The notes beneath the pieces were generated by a model. It made no database searches, was not told the DNA's origin, and saw nothing but the letters and a program-made list of their open reading frames with translations. From Eledone cirrhosa (lineage: Eukaryota), in NCBI GenBank assembly GCA_964016885.1, contig OZ024745.1, positions 13,144,001 through 13,208,000 of the forward strand: a stretch of 64,000 nt of DNA, read 5' to 3'. Of this stretch, positions 12,026 through 24,839 are shown one piece after another. Position numbers and translations under genes: made by a program. How positions within the stretch are numbered: position 1 is the stretch's first letter; each line of letters starts with the position of its first letter.

Positions 12026-13920
12026 TTTCCCCTGACTTTTGAAAGAATTAAGTTAATGAGGAATGTCTTTCCTGTTCCAACTGGAGCATCAATGAAAATC
12101 AATGCAGATGTGTTCCTCTCTAAACTGTTAGAAACGAAGTCGTACACGTGTTTTTGTTCACTATTCAATAGAGGCTCCGTCTCTTCTACAAATCGTCGCT
12201 GCTCTTCTCTGCTGTATTGTAATTCATGCAATAACTCCAAATTGCCAATATCCTGATTACCAACAATATTATTTGGCCCTGGCAAGTTAAAGTCACTAAG
12301 ACTTTTGCCCAGGTCGATAGGTTTGTCTTCAAAATACAGAAGACATTGATCATAATGTCTCTCGTTAATCAAAACTTTAGAGTTTCTGGTATCCCTTTTT
12401 TTTCTATTTGAAGGTAATCCTCAGACAGCGAATGCTTAAATCGAGCCCATAAAGCATTGGAATTGTCAAATTCCGTATTTGTGAGGAGCACGATGAATAG
12501 ATCTCTCATGGCTTTGGGAAGCGTTGTTCGCTCAGCATCTTCCAGAGTCTGCTGCCAATGATCATCCGATTGAAGCAAACCTTTCTATCTGCAGACGTCT
12601 TTGAATAAGGGCAGGAGTCCTCCATCACACATTTTCAAAGAGTTGAAGGATACTGGCCCTTTGACGTGATGCATAAGGAGTCTTAAATAATACAGGTCAC
12701 CACTTCGTGAGGAAACAGTGTATACTCGTCCCAAAATGTTCGCCTAAAAATCCCTGGATACTGCTCAACTGTTTTCCCCACTTTTCTCCTTTTCCACCTC
12801 TTATTACTCCAAGTGTAAAACTTTGGCACATCGGCATAATACAATGTTTTTGCAAACGGATCGCGATCGCAAAGATCCATGAACTCAGACAGAGTCGTCT
12901 TAGCCATGTTATTGTTTACTTTAACAGCAGCATTGACCCGAAAGAAGATTTGATTTTCCTCAGGTAGATGAACTTGAAGGCGAACTACGGCCGGTTCTCT
13001 CTCATGAATTGGAAATCCAAGTACCAAGGCAACAGCTTCTGAAGGACTGATATATCTTCCTATTAAATACTGTATTATCTCATCTTCCCTGTTCACTCCA
13101 AACATTGCCTGATCACTGCCCTTCATGGTATATTTGATAACGTATTTGATCGATTTCACAGAAGAGCACATCTCTACGTTTAGGTGGCAGTTGAACAGTT
13201 TTAATAGTTTCATATTGTAGAGAACCACCCATTCCGAAGTTATATTTCAGCTTCCCCTTCCTTCTTGGTGTCCCTCAAATCCTCCCATTCCCGGAGACCG
13301 TCTTCTGTACACAGGATAAGAGTCCTCTCCACACAATGTATATTCATTGAAATGCTTAGGGTGCGGCTTACTGCACGTTCCATCTTTCCAACACGGCGAA
13401 TTGTTAGAGCAATTCGGACCGTGGATCATGTGCTTCAGCACCAATTCATGACCCTCTGGATCTGGTATTTCGGCTTGAACAAATTTATCGTATTCCTGCG
13501 GTCTGGGCTTGGAGGCTTCATTGAGCCATAGCAAACAGTGCACACGAGGAAGACCTCACTTTTGATATTCGACTGTCAGCATGTAAGCAATGCACTTGCC
13601 AAATAGGCCATCTACTCCAGTAATATACTTTCTTAACAGTTTAGCTTCAGATCAAATACTCTGGCAATTAAATCTGGCCTGTAATGTGGCTTCTGATTCA
13701 GGAATAGGTTTTGCTGGATATCGGGCCAGTTTGGATTGCATGTCATTGTGATGAAGAACGAAGGATTGCCGTACTTCCGTATGTACATCATGGCGTCCTG
13801 GCATCGTTCCATCATATATCTCGGTCCACCGACAGATGTGGAAGAGAGTATGATTCGCCTGCCAATATTGCGAAAATCGTCATCATCATTCAATGCGTCA
13901 ATAAGGCCCTTGTATGTTGT
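12020..13920 (-). pseudogene. Decayed Helitron Rep/Pif1-helicase fragment
   Basis: Collinear frameshifted pieces: GGPRYM, FFITMTCNPNW, RPDLIARVF, EYQK*GLPRVHCLL, MIHGP, YPVYRRR, CHLNVE, IKYVIKY..KG, RYIS..EA, LQVHLP, IFIDAPVGTGKTFL (Walker A). Confidence 0.92.
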
Positions 13921-14119
13921 AGATCGCGAAGAAGAAGAAGAAGTGCCGGATCATTGATCATTAGGTGCCAGAAAAGCGGTGTTACACCCGTGTATTCAGA
14001 TGCAGATTTATAGCCAAACAAATAAATATTTTAAGCTCACTATTAAAGAATTACCTCCCTTGCATCGTAGAGCAAAGTAAAAGGATCTCCGTCGGTTTTA
14101 TTGGATCAACGAAATGGCC

Positions 14120-14395
14120 TGCTCGTTAAAATAACGTGTAAGTGGCTGAGTATTCACAATACACATGCACCTTGAATGTAATTCTCAGGGAGATTCAGCG
14201 CGACATTCTACCTATTTGAATTAGAGGTAAAGTCCACCCAACGCGATTCCAAGCAGTTTCCATCCACCTAATTCCACTGACAAGGTTTGGGTCAACACAA
14301 AGCTATAGTAAAATAAATTTTCCGCAGATGCCACACACTGGAATCAAACTATGAACCTCACAATTGTGAAACAAACTTGTTAACAATTCAACTAT
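14120..14395 (-). mobile_element. Old tRNA-derived SINE (related head at ~15720-15790 +)
   Basis: Reverse B-box-like ggaatcaaac with body resembling recalled octopus SINEs; degraded. Confidence 0.45.
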
Positions 14396-15327
14396 GTTAC
14401 AATCATCAGTTCTCTAATTTAGAATTACTTCCCTTTCATTGTAATCTTTTCATATATGGTATATATGGTCCCGTAACTCCCGATGAACGGCTGCCATATT
14501 GACAAGCGCTGTTTCTTAGGGCATATTTTCAAAACCTAGCGGAGTTCATCTCTTTTCCTGGTCTGAATACAGCAAATTTCTTCCAAAGTAGGATAGGAAG
14601 TGAGAGAATAGAAGTGTGAAAGAGATATAGAGGAAGAATCGACTCCAGTACTAGACTGGTACTTTTTTTATCAACCTTGTTGAACTCAGAGAGCAGAGGG
14701 CCCGAATGAGTACAGCAAAGCATTCTATCCGACCTGTTAACGTCAATTCACTGCCTTAATTTAAATAGGAACTATTTAAAATGGGTTGTTTTGTTTCCTA
14801 GAATCAGAGGTGGTTTCGTGCGGCGGGTTGGTATCTAAACGGTATCTAATACGAGTTTATCATATTCACTATAACAAATCATTTTAAATCCACCAACGTT
14901 TATTTCACAGTGAATTGTTTTTCTCTCGTGTGAAGGTCTGTTAACTTTAGTTCGGTTCTCATTTTAAACGCATTCAATGACAATTCAATTAATCACAAAT
15001 GAATATATTATATATAAATGAATATAACCAGTAAAAGACAGCCGTGGAGTAATATATATAATGCCAAACAACGAAACAAGGCTTGTTAGTTAGTTAAGCC
15101 ACGGTTTACGATCGCTTCAGAAGGCAAAAAACATTTATTCTCGATAGTTATATAGCTCCATACTATTATACCCCCACCTCAGCACATCACATATATACAC
15201 ACACGCGCGCGCGCAAACACACATATATAGATATATGTATAATATATATGTTCGTGTGTAGAGACAGAGAGAAAGAAAGAAAGAGAGAGGGGGAGATATT
15301 ATTCATAGATACACACACACACATAAT

Positions 15328-15361
<34 letters not shown>

Positions 15362-16431
15362 GTGATATATATATACATATAATATATATATACATACAAT
15401 CTATATATTCATACCTATAACACACACACACGTATACACGTGTGCATATATCTTCCCCTCCCTCCACTCCCCTTACCATCACCATTGAATTTATTTCTAC
15501 CTTTCTTTCTCTCTTTTTTTTAATTTTTTTTTTTTCAAACATGACATAACTTAATTTATGAATAAAACTTTTGATTTTTGAAAAACGTACATAACATAAG
15601 ATAACATTAAAGGAGATTACTCTTGTTTCCATCTCTTCCTGATTATCTCCCTTGACACAATTGGTATCTGTCGGACAGACAACCCTGATACGATATTCTT
15701 TAAGAAGTTCGTTTATTAAGCAAGCGATGCGATGTTCGATCCCATTTTATGTCAAAATGAATGAATGTCTTCTACTGTAGCATCGGGTGGGCGTGTGTGT
15801 GTTTATTCTGTGTGTGTGTGTATGTGTGTGTCTGGGATTTATATGCTATATATATATATATATATATATATAAATATTCCAACCATCCACTCCATATCTT
15901 GAAAAATATCCAGCACCTCGCCATAATCTGACGGAACTACCTCAGGACCTTATCCATGAACATACACTCACACATTTTTTTTCGCACCACGCCACCCACA
16001 TCCACACCACATATAAACACAAACACACACGTGCGTACCCCCACATATACACAACCTCCGGAATCCATACGCCACCTCCCTCACCCCCTGAACCCTCTCC
16101 TTCCACACGTACGCACACATCGACTTACACCCCACCCCACGCAAACACCTTTTCCTGAACATGGAACCTCGTTCTTCCGCAAACGCTCACATACACACGC
16201 ACACACACTCACGTACACCTACACACATACAAAAACACCACCTTCAGCCTTCCTCGCTTCGACCCCCGCCTCCCTCTCCCAACTCCACCTGCCACCACCC
16301 TTACACGCCCCACAACCTTCCACCACTTGTCCATCTTATTGTTTATTCTTATTTTTATTTTTATTTGTTCTCCTTCCCCCTTTTTTCTAAATGTATTTCC
16401 ACGCACCCTCTGAACACTCTTCCTAACCTAT

Positions 16432-16472
16432 TTATTCCTGAAGAAGGGCTTATGCCCGAAACGTCGTGCCCC
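16432..16472 (+). ncRNA. HHR-like motif in a PLE terminal remnant (~15875-16552)
   Basis: CTGAAGA-a-gggc-ttat-gccc-GAAA-cg-TC; stem I poor; segment bounded by TA runs. Confidence 0.5.
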
Positions 16473-16565
16473 ACCTCCCACTCTCAAAAGCGTGAACCTA
16501 ATAAACCTTTCTTTGTCTGCCTCTCTGTTTTGTTCCCGTATAAATTTGCACTATATATATATATA

Positions 16566-17038
16566 TAAATGTAAGTATGTATACGTACATACATATATGT
16601 ATACAGACATACAGTAGTATGTATATACATACATACATGCATACACATATATATATGTACGTATGGGTTTACCGAACATTTATTATAATGCTCGGTTTGT
16701 TTGCAAATTAGGCTGCTCAGCCGTTAATATGAATAAGGAGGGTATATACATTCAAACGTTCAATCAACTGACAGGAAGGTATACTGTGCTGATGACAGCT
16801 AATAAGCTAGAAACTAGTTCATCGTTCCTTTGTCAGTGTTGAACAAAATGGCAGCGATGGTTGCCGAACACTGTACGGCTAATAATTCGGGATGTTTGTT
16901 TACAAACAAACCGAGCATTATAATAAATGTTCGGTAAACCCATACGTACATATATATATGTGTGCATGTATGTATATATATACATACTACTGTACGTCTG
17001 TATTCATATATGTATGTACGTATACATACTTACATTTA
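16566..17038 (+). mobile_element. Fold-back element: ~140-bp inverted arms around an HHR (16786-16822)
   Basis: Arms 16566-16703 and 16903-17038; core gtg-CTGATGA-c-agct-aata-agct-a-GAAA-ctag-TT-cat. Confidence 0.75.
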
Positions 17039-17136
17039 AGTATCAGCCGTTCTAAGAGTGAGAAATGAAATTTCATTTTTTCCATTTATATATATATATA
17101 TATGTATGTATATATATATATATGTATGTATATATA

Positions 17137-17179
<43 letters not shown>

Positions 17180-17214
17180 TATATATAAATTATAGAATTA
17201 TATAGAAATTATAG

Positions 17215-17390
17215 ATTCATGTAATTTCTATATAACTGGTCTGTAAAACAACTGATGTTGTTACATTGAGCTATTTATCTTACTGGTAATAAGATAGTAA
17301 TAAATTACTGTCTTTCACTATTTAGGGTTTAAAATATATATAACTATAAAAGGTTTTAGTATATACATAACCATAAATAGTATCATATTC
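17215..17390 (+). mobile_element. Diverged relative of the family B 5' region
   Basis: Similar to 18720-18890 (ctgatgt..tacattgagcta..ttactggtaataag..ctatttagggt..acataaccataaatag). Confidence 0.7.
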
Positions 17391-17398
17391 AGTGAATA

Positions 17399-17450
17399 TG
17401 GTTAGTTCGCGAAATTGGTTAGTTCGCGAAATTGGTTAGTTCGCGAAATT
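17399..17450. repeat. 3 x 17-bp tandem repeat tggttagttcgcgaaat
   Basis: Direct reading. Confidence 0.9.
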
Positions 17451-17755
17451 TATTATACTTATTGACCAACCAATCAAATTACTTCTCTAAATACCTGGCG
17501 TTTCGAGCCACTTTTTTCCATATAAAACAAGTAACATTCAAAGACCAACCAGATGTGAGAAAAACCACAGAACCCCCATCTCAACTCTACTTTAGAAAAG
17601 CAGAAGAACTGCGAAACCGATAAAGGAACCAAATAAATATATATATATATTTTAAATAAGACTCCAGTTGCATTTTCGATTTCATCTTTTTTTCTTTATA
17701 CTTTCACTCGTGTAGGACACCTCGGTTATTTTTCATTTTGTAAAAAAAAACTCAC

Positions 17756-17827
<72 letters not shown>

Positions 17828-17836
<9 letters not shown>

Positions 17837-18890
17837 AAGTATCAAAGAACTGTTCAAAACATTATTGTGCTTACAGCTGTTTCCTCCAAACCGAGGTTTG
17901 GATTCTTCGGAGCAATTTATTAATGCATGGACAGTTATATGACCTCCTTTTCAGCCGAGAGACATACCAATACATATTCAAACATTGATACATATTCAAA
18001 CATTGTGGGTCAATATTCACTACAGAATTTAGAGTGGCAGTACACACTTCGAGATTACATTTATATTAATAGGTACAATCAAAAATCAAAAATATAGGTT
18101 AAGATACAACATGAAGATAAGCGGTTATATAGTGCAAATGTTATATGTGTGGCACGCATGTGCGTCTTGTTTATATAGTGTGGCAGAGAGATATGTGTGG
18201 TAGAGGCACTTAGGTAGGTAAATCTCCATTACTTATAACACTTTTAATGCTTGCACTATCTTTAATGCTTATAATATTTCTCCACACGGACTATATCAAT
18301 CATATAAAGGATTTGCCACCAGATCTACCAACCTAACACTCTTATTTACCTACCTAAGTGCCTCTACCACACATATCTCTCTGCCACACTATATAAACAA
18401 GACGCACATGCGTGCCACACATATAACATTTGCACTATATAACCGCTTATCTTCATGTTGTATCTTAACCTATATTTTTGATTTTTGATTGTACCTATTA
18501 ATATAAATGTAATCTCGAAGTGTGTACTGCCACTCTAAATTCTGTAATGAATGTTGACCCACAATGTTTGAATATGTATCAATGTTTGAATATGTATTGG
18601 TATGTCTCTCGGCTGAACTGTCCATGCATTAATAAATTGCTCCGAAGAATCCAAACCTCGGTTTGGAGGAAACAGCTGTAAGCACAATAATGTTTTGAAC
18701 AGTTCTTTGATTCTTATATTTCATATAACTGCTCTGTAAATCATCTGATGTTTTTACATTGAGCTACTTAACTTACTGGTAATAAGGTAGTAATACAATA
18801 CTGCCTACCACTATTTAGGGTGTGTGTAAAATACTTACAACTGCTTAAGGTTTTGTATTTACATAACCATAAATAGGATAACTAATACTA
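17828..18890. mobile_element. Non-coding inverted-duplicated derivative of PLE family B
   Basis: 17828-18222 matches 6839-7233; 18223-18890 is the reverse complement of 7357-6839 continuing into 11032-10868; TA runs on both sides. Confidence 0.92.
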
Positions 18891-18955
18891 TATATATATA
18901 TATATATATTCATTCAAAATATTAACAAAAATAGAACTTCATTGTGATCAAGTAT

Positions 18956-19020
18956 ATTTTATTATACATATTTCAGAGGTACTGAGCTAACTTCAACAGT
19001 ACGTCCTCATCAGATAAAAT
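18956..19020 (-). ncRNA. Type I HHR within inverted-repeat PLE end (arms ~18906-18965 and ~19080-19140)
   Basis: attttat-CTGATGA-ggacgtactg..cagtacctct-GAAA-tatgta-TA-ataaaat; 7-bp stem I. Confidence 0.8.
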
Positions 19021-19556
19021 AAGATGATGCATGACATACCCTGACATAGTAGATGGTTAAGATCCAGTCATGGTATAAATATAATAAAATATACTTGATC
19101 ACAATGAAGTTCTATTTTTGTTAATATTTTGAATGAATATCAATAACTCCGGAAAACCTTTTTTCTGTTGAGTGCTTCCAATCTATTGTAAAACTAATTC
19201 TTTGATGTATTCATCGAACCTTGTTTAACCTTTAAGTATAGATATATATATATATATACGCACACCCACACACAGTGGAACCTCGGTTCACGACCATGCA
19301 AGCTGCCAACAACACTTGGCGACAAGCTGGGAGTATCGGCGGTAAAGCATCACTTGCTGTGTAGTTAGTTACTATGGTAACATCTCTCTGCCTTTCAAAC
19401 ACTGTATACCTTTCTCTCTCACAGAATTTCTCTCTCAATATTTCGTATGAAAAAAAAAAAAAAAAAGTTTCGGCTTACGAACATTGGTGGCCTTCAGGAA
19501 GGAATTAGGTCGAGAACCGAGGTTTCACTGCATATGCTTCTTTATGTGTGTATATG

Positions 19557-19613
<57 letters not shown>

Positions 19614-19616
<3 letters not shown>

Positions 19617-20562
19617 TGCTGATGTCGCACCGCCCCAACAGAGGGGAGAAGGCAAACATATACAGAGCAATACAGACGGCGGCAGCGGAGCAAAGGAGTT
19701 TTTAGAGATGGCGGAGAGGATTGTGGGACAACTGACCTGACCTGGCTGCATCGTTTTCAGAGCCAGGGTCACTCACACCAACACTCGAGACCACCACAAT
19801 CAAAGGACCCAGGGCGGCCACCGCTGACACCAGGCCAGGTGCCACACCGATAGCTATTGCTGACACCCCAAATGTCACATCAGTGCTGCTGTTGAATGTC
19901 AGAGGCCTGTTGAAACTCACTAACATGGATAAAATTCCCTACCTGAGAGACGTAACCATAAGCAATCAAACAATATCCATGGCACTAACTGAAACGCACC
20001 TGACAAACAGATGCGGAAATACATATACCAACATACACTTCATTTCGTTCAGACAGGAAGGAGAGAATGCATGGTGGGGTTGTAGATCTGTGAAGATGTC
20101 ACACCCATGAGTCAACAGTACAATGTAACACACTGATAGTACATATAAAGCAACTAGAAATGGTAATATGTGTCACATATCACGAATAGTCACAAAGGTA
20201 AGTTTGAAGATAGCCTCAAAAGGATGGAATAAGTCCTTGACAAACTGGACCAAGGTCTCAAAATTCTGCTGCTGGGAGACTTTAACTTATCGAAGGTCAA
20301 ATGGCCTGAAGGCCCTCAACTCTTCAACAAGCTGCCAAGAAATTTGAGAGATCTGCATGATGTGGACGTGGATGTTTTCAAGAAACATCTTGATACTCTG
20401 CTATCGAGGATCCCGGATGAGCCCACAGCACTACGAAGGTAACTTAAGGACAGCAGCAACGAACTCCCTCTTACACCAATGGCCAGCCAACACAGAATGT
20501 GTAGCAACAAGGTCGGTGTCCCAGCATCGCCTCAGCCGGATGGCTAGAACAGGTAAAAGAGA
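19614..20562 (+). mobile_element. Internally deleted CR1/L2-group LINE
   Basis: APE motifs LLNVRGL, LTETHL, LLGDFN..VKW joined to the ORF2 tail GPQLFNKLPRNLRD..FKKHLD.LL.RIPDEP; no RT between; 3' hairpin tail also at 26450-26490. Confidence 0.8.
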
Positions 20563-20618
20563 ATATATATATAGTTTACCTCAGTAAATGTAATGAAAAA
20601 TTAACACCTCGTCCATTT

Positions 20619-20668
<50 letters not shown>

Positions 20669-20732
20669 CCACGTCACAGTTCTTAGCCATTTTGAATTCG
20701 TTTCTGGCGGGGATCATTTAAAAAAATTCTTT

Positions 20733-20814
20733 GTTTCCTGATGAGTTCGAAGCTCGAGAATTTATCCTTGATAGGATATTTCCGAAAGCGAACGAAACCC
20801 TGAAGGGTAGAAAC
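20733..20814 (+). ncRNA. Canonical type I hammerhead ribozyme
   Basis: gtttc-CTGATGA-gttcg..cgaac-GAAA-ccc-tgaa-ggg-TA-gaaac: intact core, all three stems pair, GUA cleavage triplet at 20807-20809. Confidence 0.88.
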
Positions 20815-21104
20815 GTAATCCTGGTATGTGTATATGCATTTTTTCTTCTAACTTTTATTTTATACCTAATTGTGTATGGTTGACGATATATTTAATCGAT
20901 TTCCATGTGCTATTGAAATGCTGGGTACATATTCTATAGCGGTTGATCGCGCGAATAGATGGCTGTCGTTTATTTATCTACTATTTCTTCATAGGTGCCT
21001 TTTAATCATATAGCCTTGTTTAATTGGTTTTTTGTGTGGTTGATTATGCTAATTGGGAGAGGAAATTGTATATATGTATATTATCAAATGATTCTATGGA
21101 CATA

Positions 21105-21187
<83 letters not shown>

Positions 21188-22119
21188 TTGCCAGCCACCA
21201 TGGGCACAGTCATGCATGAGAAAATTAAAAAGAAGTATAAATATATTCGGACACGAGGAGGAGCCTTATACTCATTAATGATGGACGCTATAAACCCTAT
21301 CATAGCTCAGTGTAGTGTTGATGAGAATATCCAATGAAAGCAAAGCGTACATTTGTGTATATGTGTGTGTATGTGTGTGTGTGCGAGAGAGAGAGAGAGA
21401 GGGAGAGAGAGAGAGAGACTGGCTAATATCCAGCTGATCGTATTTCGAATCATGTCAGCAATATCTCCCGATGACATTACTGTTTTATTTATTATATTCT
21501 GTTTCGTTTATCATATTAGTCATGAGGTAGAAACTTGTTGAGATTCAATGTGTCATTATTATTTGAACATCAACTATGCTTTAACCTTTACTTGAAACAG
21601 TAAACTAAATATAAACAATCTAGTTTTAGAACTACTGGGCTGGTAGGATGTTTTTAATGTTCACGTTAACTTAAAGTTAGAAGCATAAACGTACGTATTT
21701 GGCTGTGAAAAAATAGTTTAAATTAGATACAAAAGTCCCTTGGACGGGCGATGTTCTACAATTTTTCTTGTCATCTTCAGGAGCTTATATGTCTAAATTA
21801 TTAAACTGAGTATGTTTTATTACAAATCTCTGGTTAACTGTTTCTTGTTCTTTTTTTAAAATATATAAAGAGCTCTTATATATCATCTATTATATATTTC
21901 TTAATGTTTGTCTCTGTGTGCACCCCATCCTTTTACCCCTGATCCCTTAAGTATTTTTTCACATTCCTCATCACACTTTTTCGCATCCCTTTTTTCATTT
22001 GTATGTAGCCGTCATCTTCATCCTTTTGCTGTAGTTATCATCTACTTCTCCGTTACCACCACGGTATTGAATCAATGTTTTACTAACCTACATCTTAATG
22101 CCACTCCCTTTCTCTAACA

Positions 22120-22310
22120 ATTGTTTCTATTTTTGGCACAAGGCCAGCAATTATCCTAGTGTATTACTGGTACTTTATTTTATCGACCCCGTAAGGATGA
22201 AAGGCAAAGTTAACCTCGCCGGGATTTGAACTCAGAATGGCAAGGGCCGTAACTCTTTACTGCAAAGTATGGCGTCCGACCCTCTACCGATACTGCCAAT
22301 CCACCGCCCT
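22120..22310 (-). mobile_element. tRNA-derived SINE with Deu/Nin-like core (copies 23943-24135 -, 24955-25180 +; decayed ~14590, 22490, 25415, 35218 -)
   Basis: Shared gttcaaatcccgccgaggttaactttgcctttcatcctt.cggggtcgataaaataaagtaccag; B-box visible. Domain name from recall. Confidence 0.8.
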
Positions 22311-23139
22311 TTCTCTAATAATGTTACTACCTCTTATTTCCACTTTCCCATCTCTTTGTCTTTCCACTCACTTTTGCTTTCTATCCACCCCATTCTCTCT
22401 CATATTCCTTCCAGTCTTCCCTAACCGCTAGGTTATCTGCCTTCTTTCTTTTTAACTTTAAATTACATTTGTTTTTTTTTCTCTTGTTTTTTTTTACAAA
22501 GGTCCAAGCTAAAAAATTTGGTAGGAAAGACTAGTCGATTACATCGAGCAATTCTTGACTAGTACTTATTTTATTGGCCCCAGAAGGAGGAACTGCCTCA
22601 ATAAAGCCACAGAAAAGCCATCTGTCAATTACGATATCCCCTCCACCGTTGTCACCTTCACTTTAGCTTTATTTTAACTTTTCTTACTGACACTCTCTAC
22701 TTCATACTATTACATTTTATTTACACTCCTCCACTTCTGCTTTTCTCTTTCATTCTTCGGATTGCCTTTCTCTCCCACTTTCTAACCCCCCTCACTACTA
22801 TATATATATCTCATATTCTTCCAATCTGAACTAATGAATGTATACTTTGCGATCCCCAGAGAAATGGAAGGTAGGACTGCTTCTGTTTATATTTTGAACT
22901 CATAACCTGGAAGGACGAAACTATATGATTCGATTCTATGTGGCAACCACTGTACTCTCCATGCGCAACATATTCAATACCCTTAGGTATGGCTGAAACA
23001 CCACAACATCCCAATATTCGTCTCTTATCCATTTGAGACGACAATTAGTATTTAATAATTAAAACATATAGACACGAACACAAACAGTCAGGGTACTTTT
23101 GTATTTCAAACTGTTCAGAGCTGCACACTCACTCGTAAA

Positions 23140-23750
23140 TCCACATTGGTCATAATTTCAGATTGGTCATAGTTCCATACTGATCCTAGGCATACACTGA
23201 TCATAGGGTCATACTAATCATAGTTGCAGACTAGTTATAGATCTACACAGATCATAGCTCCACAACAGTCATAGGTGTACACTTCTTCTGTCCCTAACTT
23301 CAGATTAGTCATATTTTCACTCTGATCAACACTAGTCTTAAGTCAACATTGGTTATAGGTCCATAATTCTCCTAGATTTATACTGGTACTAGTTATAGGT
23401 CCACATCTATCACAGTTTCACAATGATTAATACTTGTCATAAATTCACACTGGTCATAAGACAACACTGGTTCTAGGTCTACGCTGATCCTAGTCACAGG
23501 TTGACATTGATCATAGCTTACAATGATTAGCACTATTCATAAGTCCACAATAGTCATAAGTCAACACTGATCATAGGCCTGTATATGCTGGTTCAAGACA
23601 TAAGTTAACATTGATCATAAGTTCACACTGATTATCATAAATCATAAGCTGATACTGGTCATAAACCCACTTTGACAATAAATTTGTTTACACCGGTCCT
23701 GATCTCACACTGATAATCGATTAATACTAATTATATGTCGATACTGATCA
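23140..23750. repeat. Degenerate ~19-20-bp tandem repeat (cacactgatcataggt-like)
   Basis: Repeated acactg[ag]tcata[ag] motif at roughly 20-bp spacing. Confidence 0.7.
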
Positions 23751-23852
23751 AAGATCCATTAGATCCACGTAATGATTCCTTGTTTGGCACAATAATTCAT
23801 TGAAAAGTCACTGGAGATGCATGCTGGTTCTATATTCTGGCAGTCTCCACGG

Positions 23853-23916
23853 TTAGCACGGGACCCAAGCCATCACAATTTTGTTGTAAGTCACAAATAC
23901 ACCTTTGTTGGGTTTA
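23853..23916 (-). CDS. CAP-Gly domain protein, terminal coding exon
   Basis: Acceptor attttcag|; phase 2; (C)KPNKGVFVTYNKIVMAWVPC*. Confidence 0.9.
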
Positions 23917-24269
23917 CTGAAAATATATAAACATAAATAATATAATTGTTTCTACTTTTGGCACAAGGCCAGCAATTACCCAGTGCATTACTGGTACTTT
24001 ATTTTATCGACCCCGTAAGGATGAAAGGCAAAGTTAACCTCGGCGGGATTTGAACTCAGAATGGCAAGGGCCGTAACTCTATGCGTCAAAGCATGGCGCC
24101 CGACCCTCTACCGGTACTGCCAATCCACCGCCCTTTTTCGACTTACAGTAATACGCCAGCTTCAGCATTCACTAATCAAAAGAAGGTAGTTTGGCATAAA
24201 AGTCAAACTCGCTATCTTCAATTTGGTATTCGTTCCAATTCTTACCTATGGTCATGAATATTGAGTAAT

Positions 24270-24620
24270 GACCAAAAGAATACGATCGCGAATACAAGCA
24301 GCCGAAATGGGGTTCATCCAAAAGGTCTTTGGAGTAATGTTACTCGATAGAGTGCGTAGCTCTGAGATCAGAGTCACTCCAGGTAGAGTTGCTACTTCTC
24401 CCAATTGAGAGATCACAGCTCCGATACTATGGGCATGTGCTTAGAATGTCTCAGGAAAGACTTTCTGGACATATTTTACCGGTAAAGTCCACCGGTAGGA
24501 GGCCCAGGGATAGACCCCGAGCAAGGACTGTTGGATATCATCCATGAGCTTGGCTGGTCTCACTTGGGGATCCAGTCGGATTAGTTGGAGATGGTTGCTT
24601 CTGACAGGAAATTTGTGGCC
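24270..24620 (+). mobile_element. RTE-clade LINE 3' fragment
   Basis: RIRSRIQAAEMGFIQKVFGVMLLDRVRSSEIR, IERSQLRYYGHVLRM, RRPRDRPR: RTE ORF2 tail, frameshifted. Confidence 0.8.
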
Positions 24621-24725
24621 GTACATTACAATTTCCCCAAATGTTTGGGGATGCCTGTGTATATATATATATATATATACACACACATGTATGTGTGTGT
24701 ATATATATATATATATTCACACACA

Positions 24726-24760
<35 letters not shown>

Positions 24761-24839
24761 ATAGCCTATATCATTCGTTTTGATACAGGCTGTATATGAA
24801 GTCTAAAAATGTTTAGATAGAATGGAAGAATGGTCTTAC

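Noticed and set aside
14474-14548. HHR (aactc-CCGATGA...gagtt)
   Set aside because: GAAA and the cleavage triplet are missing and stem II is unconvincing.
22811-23044. Extra exon or ORF of the minus-strand gene
   Set aside because: Lies past the stop codon, has no clear acceptor and no recognisable motif.
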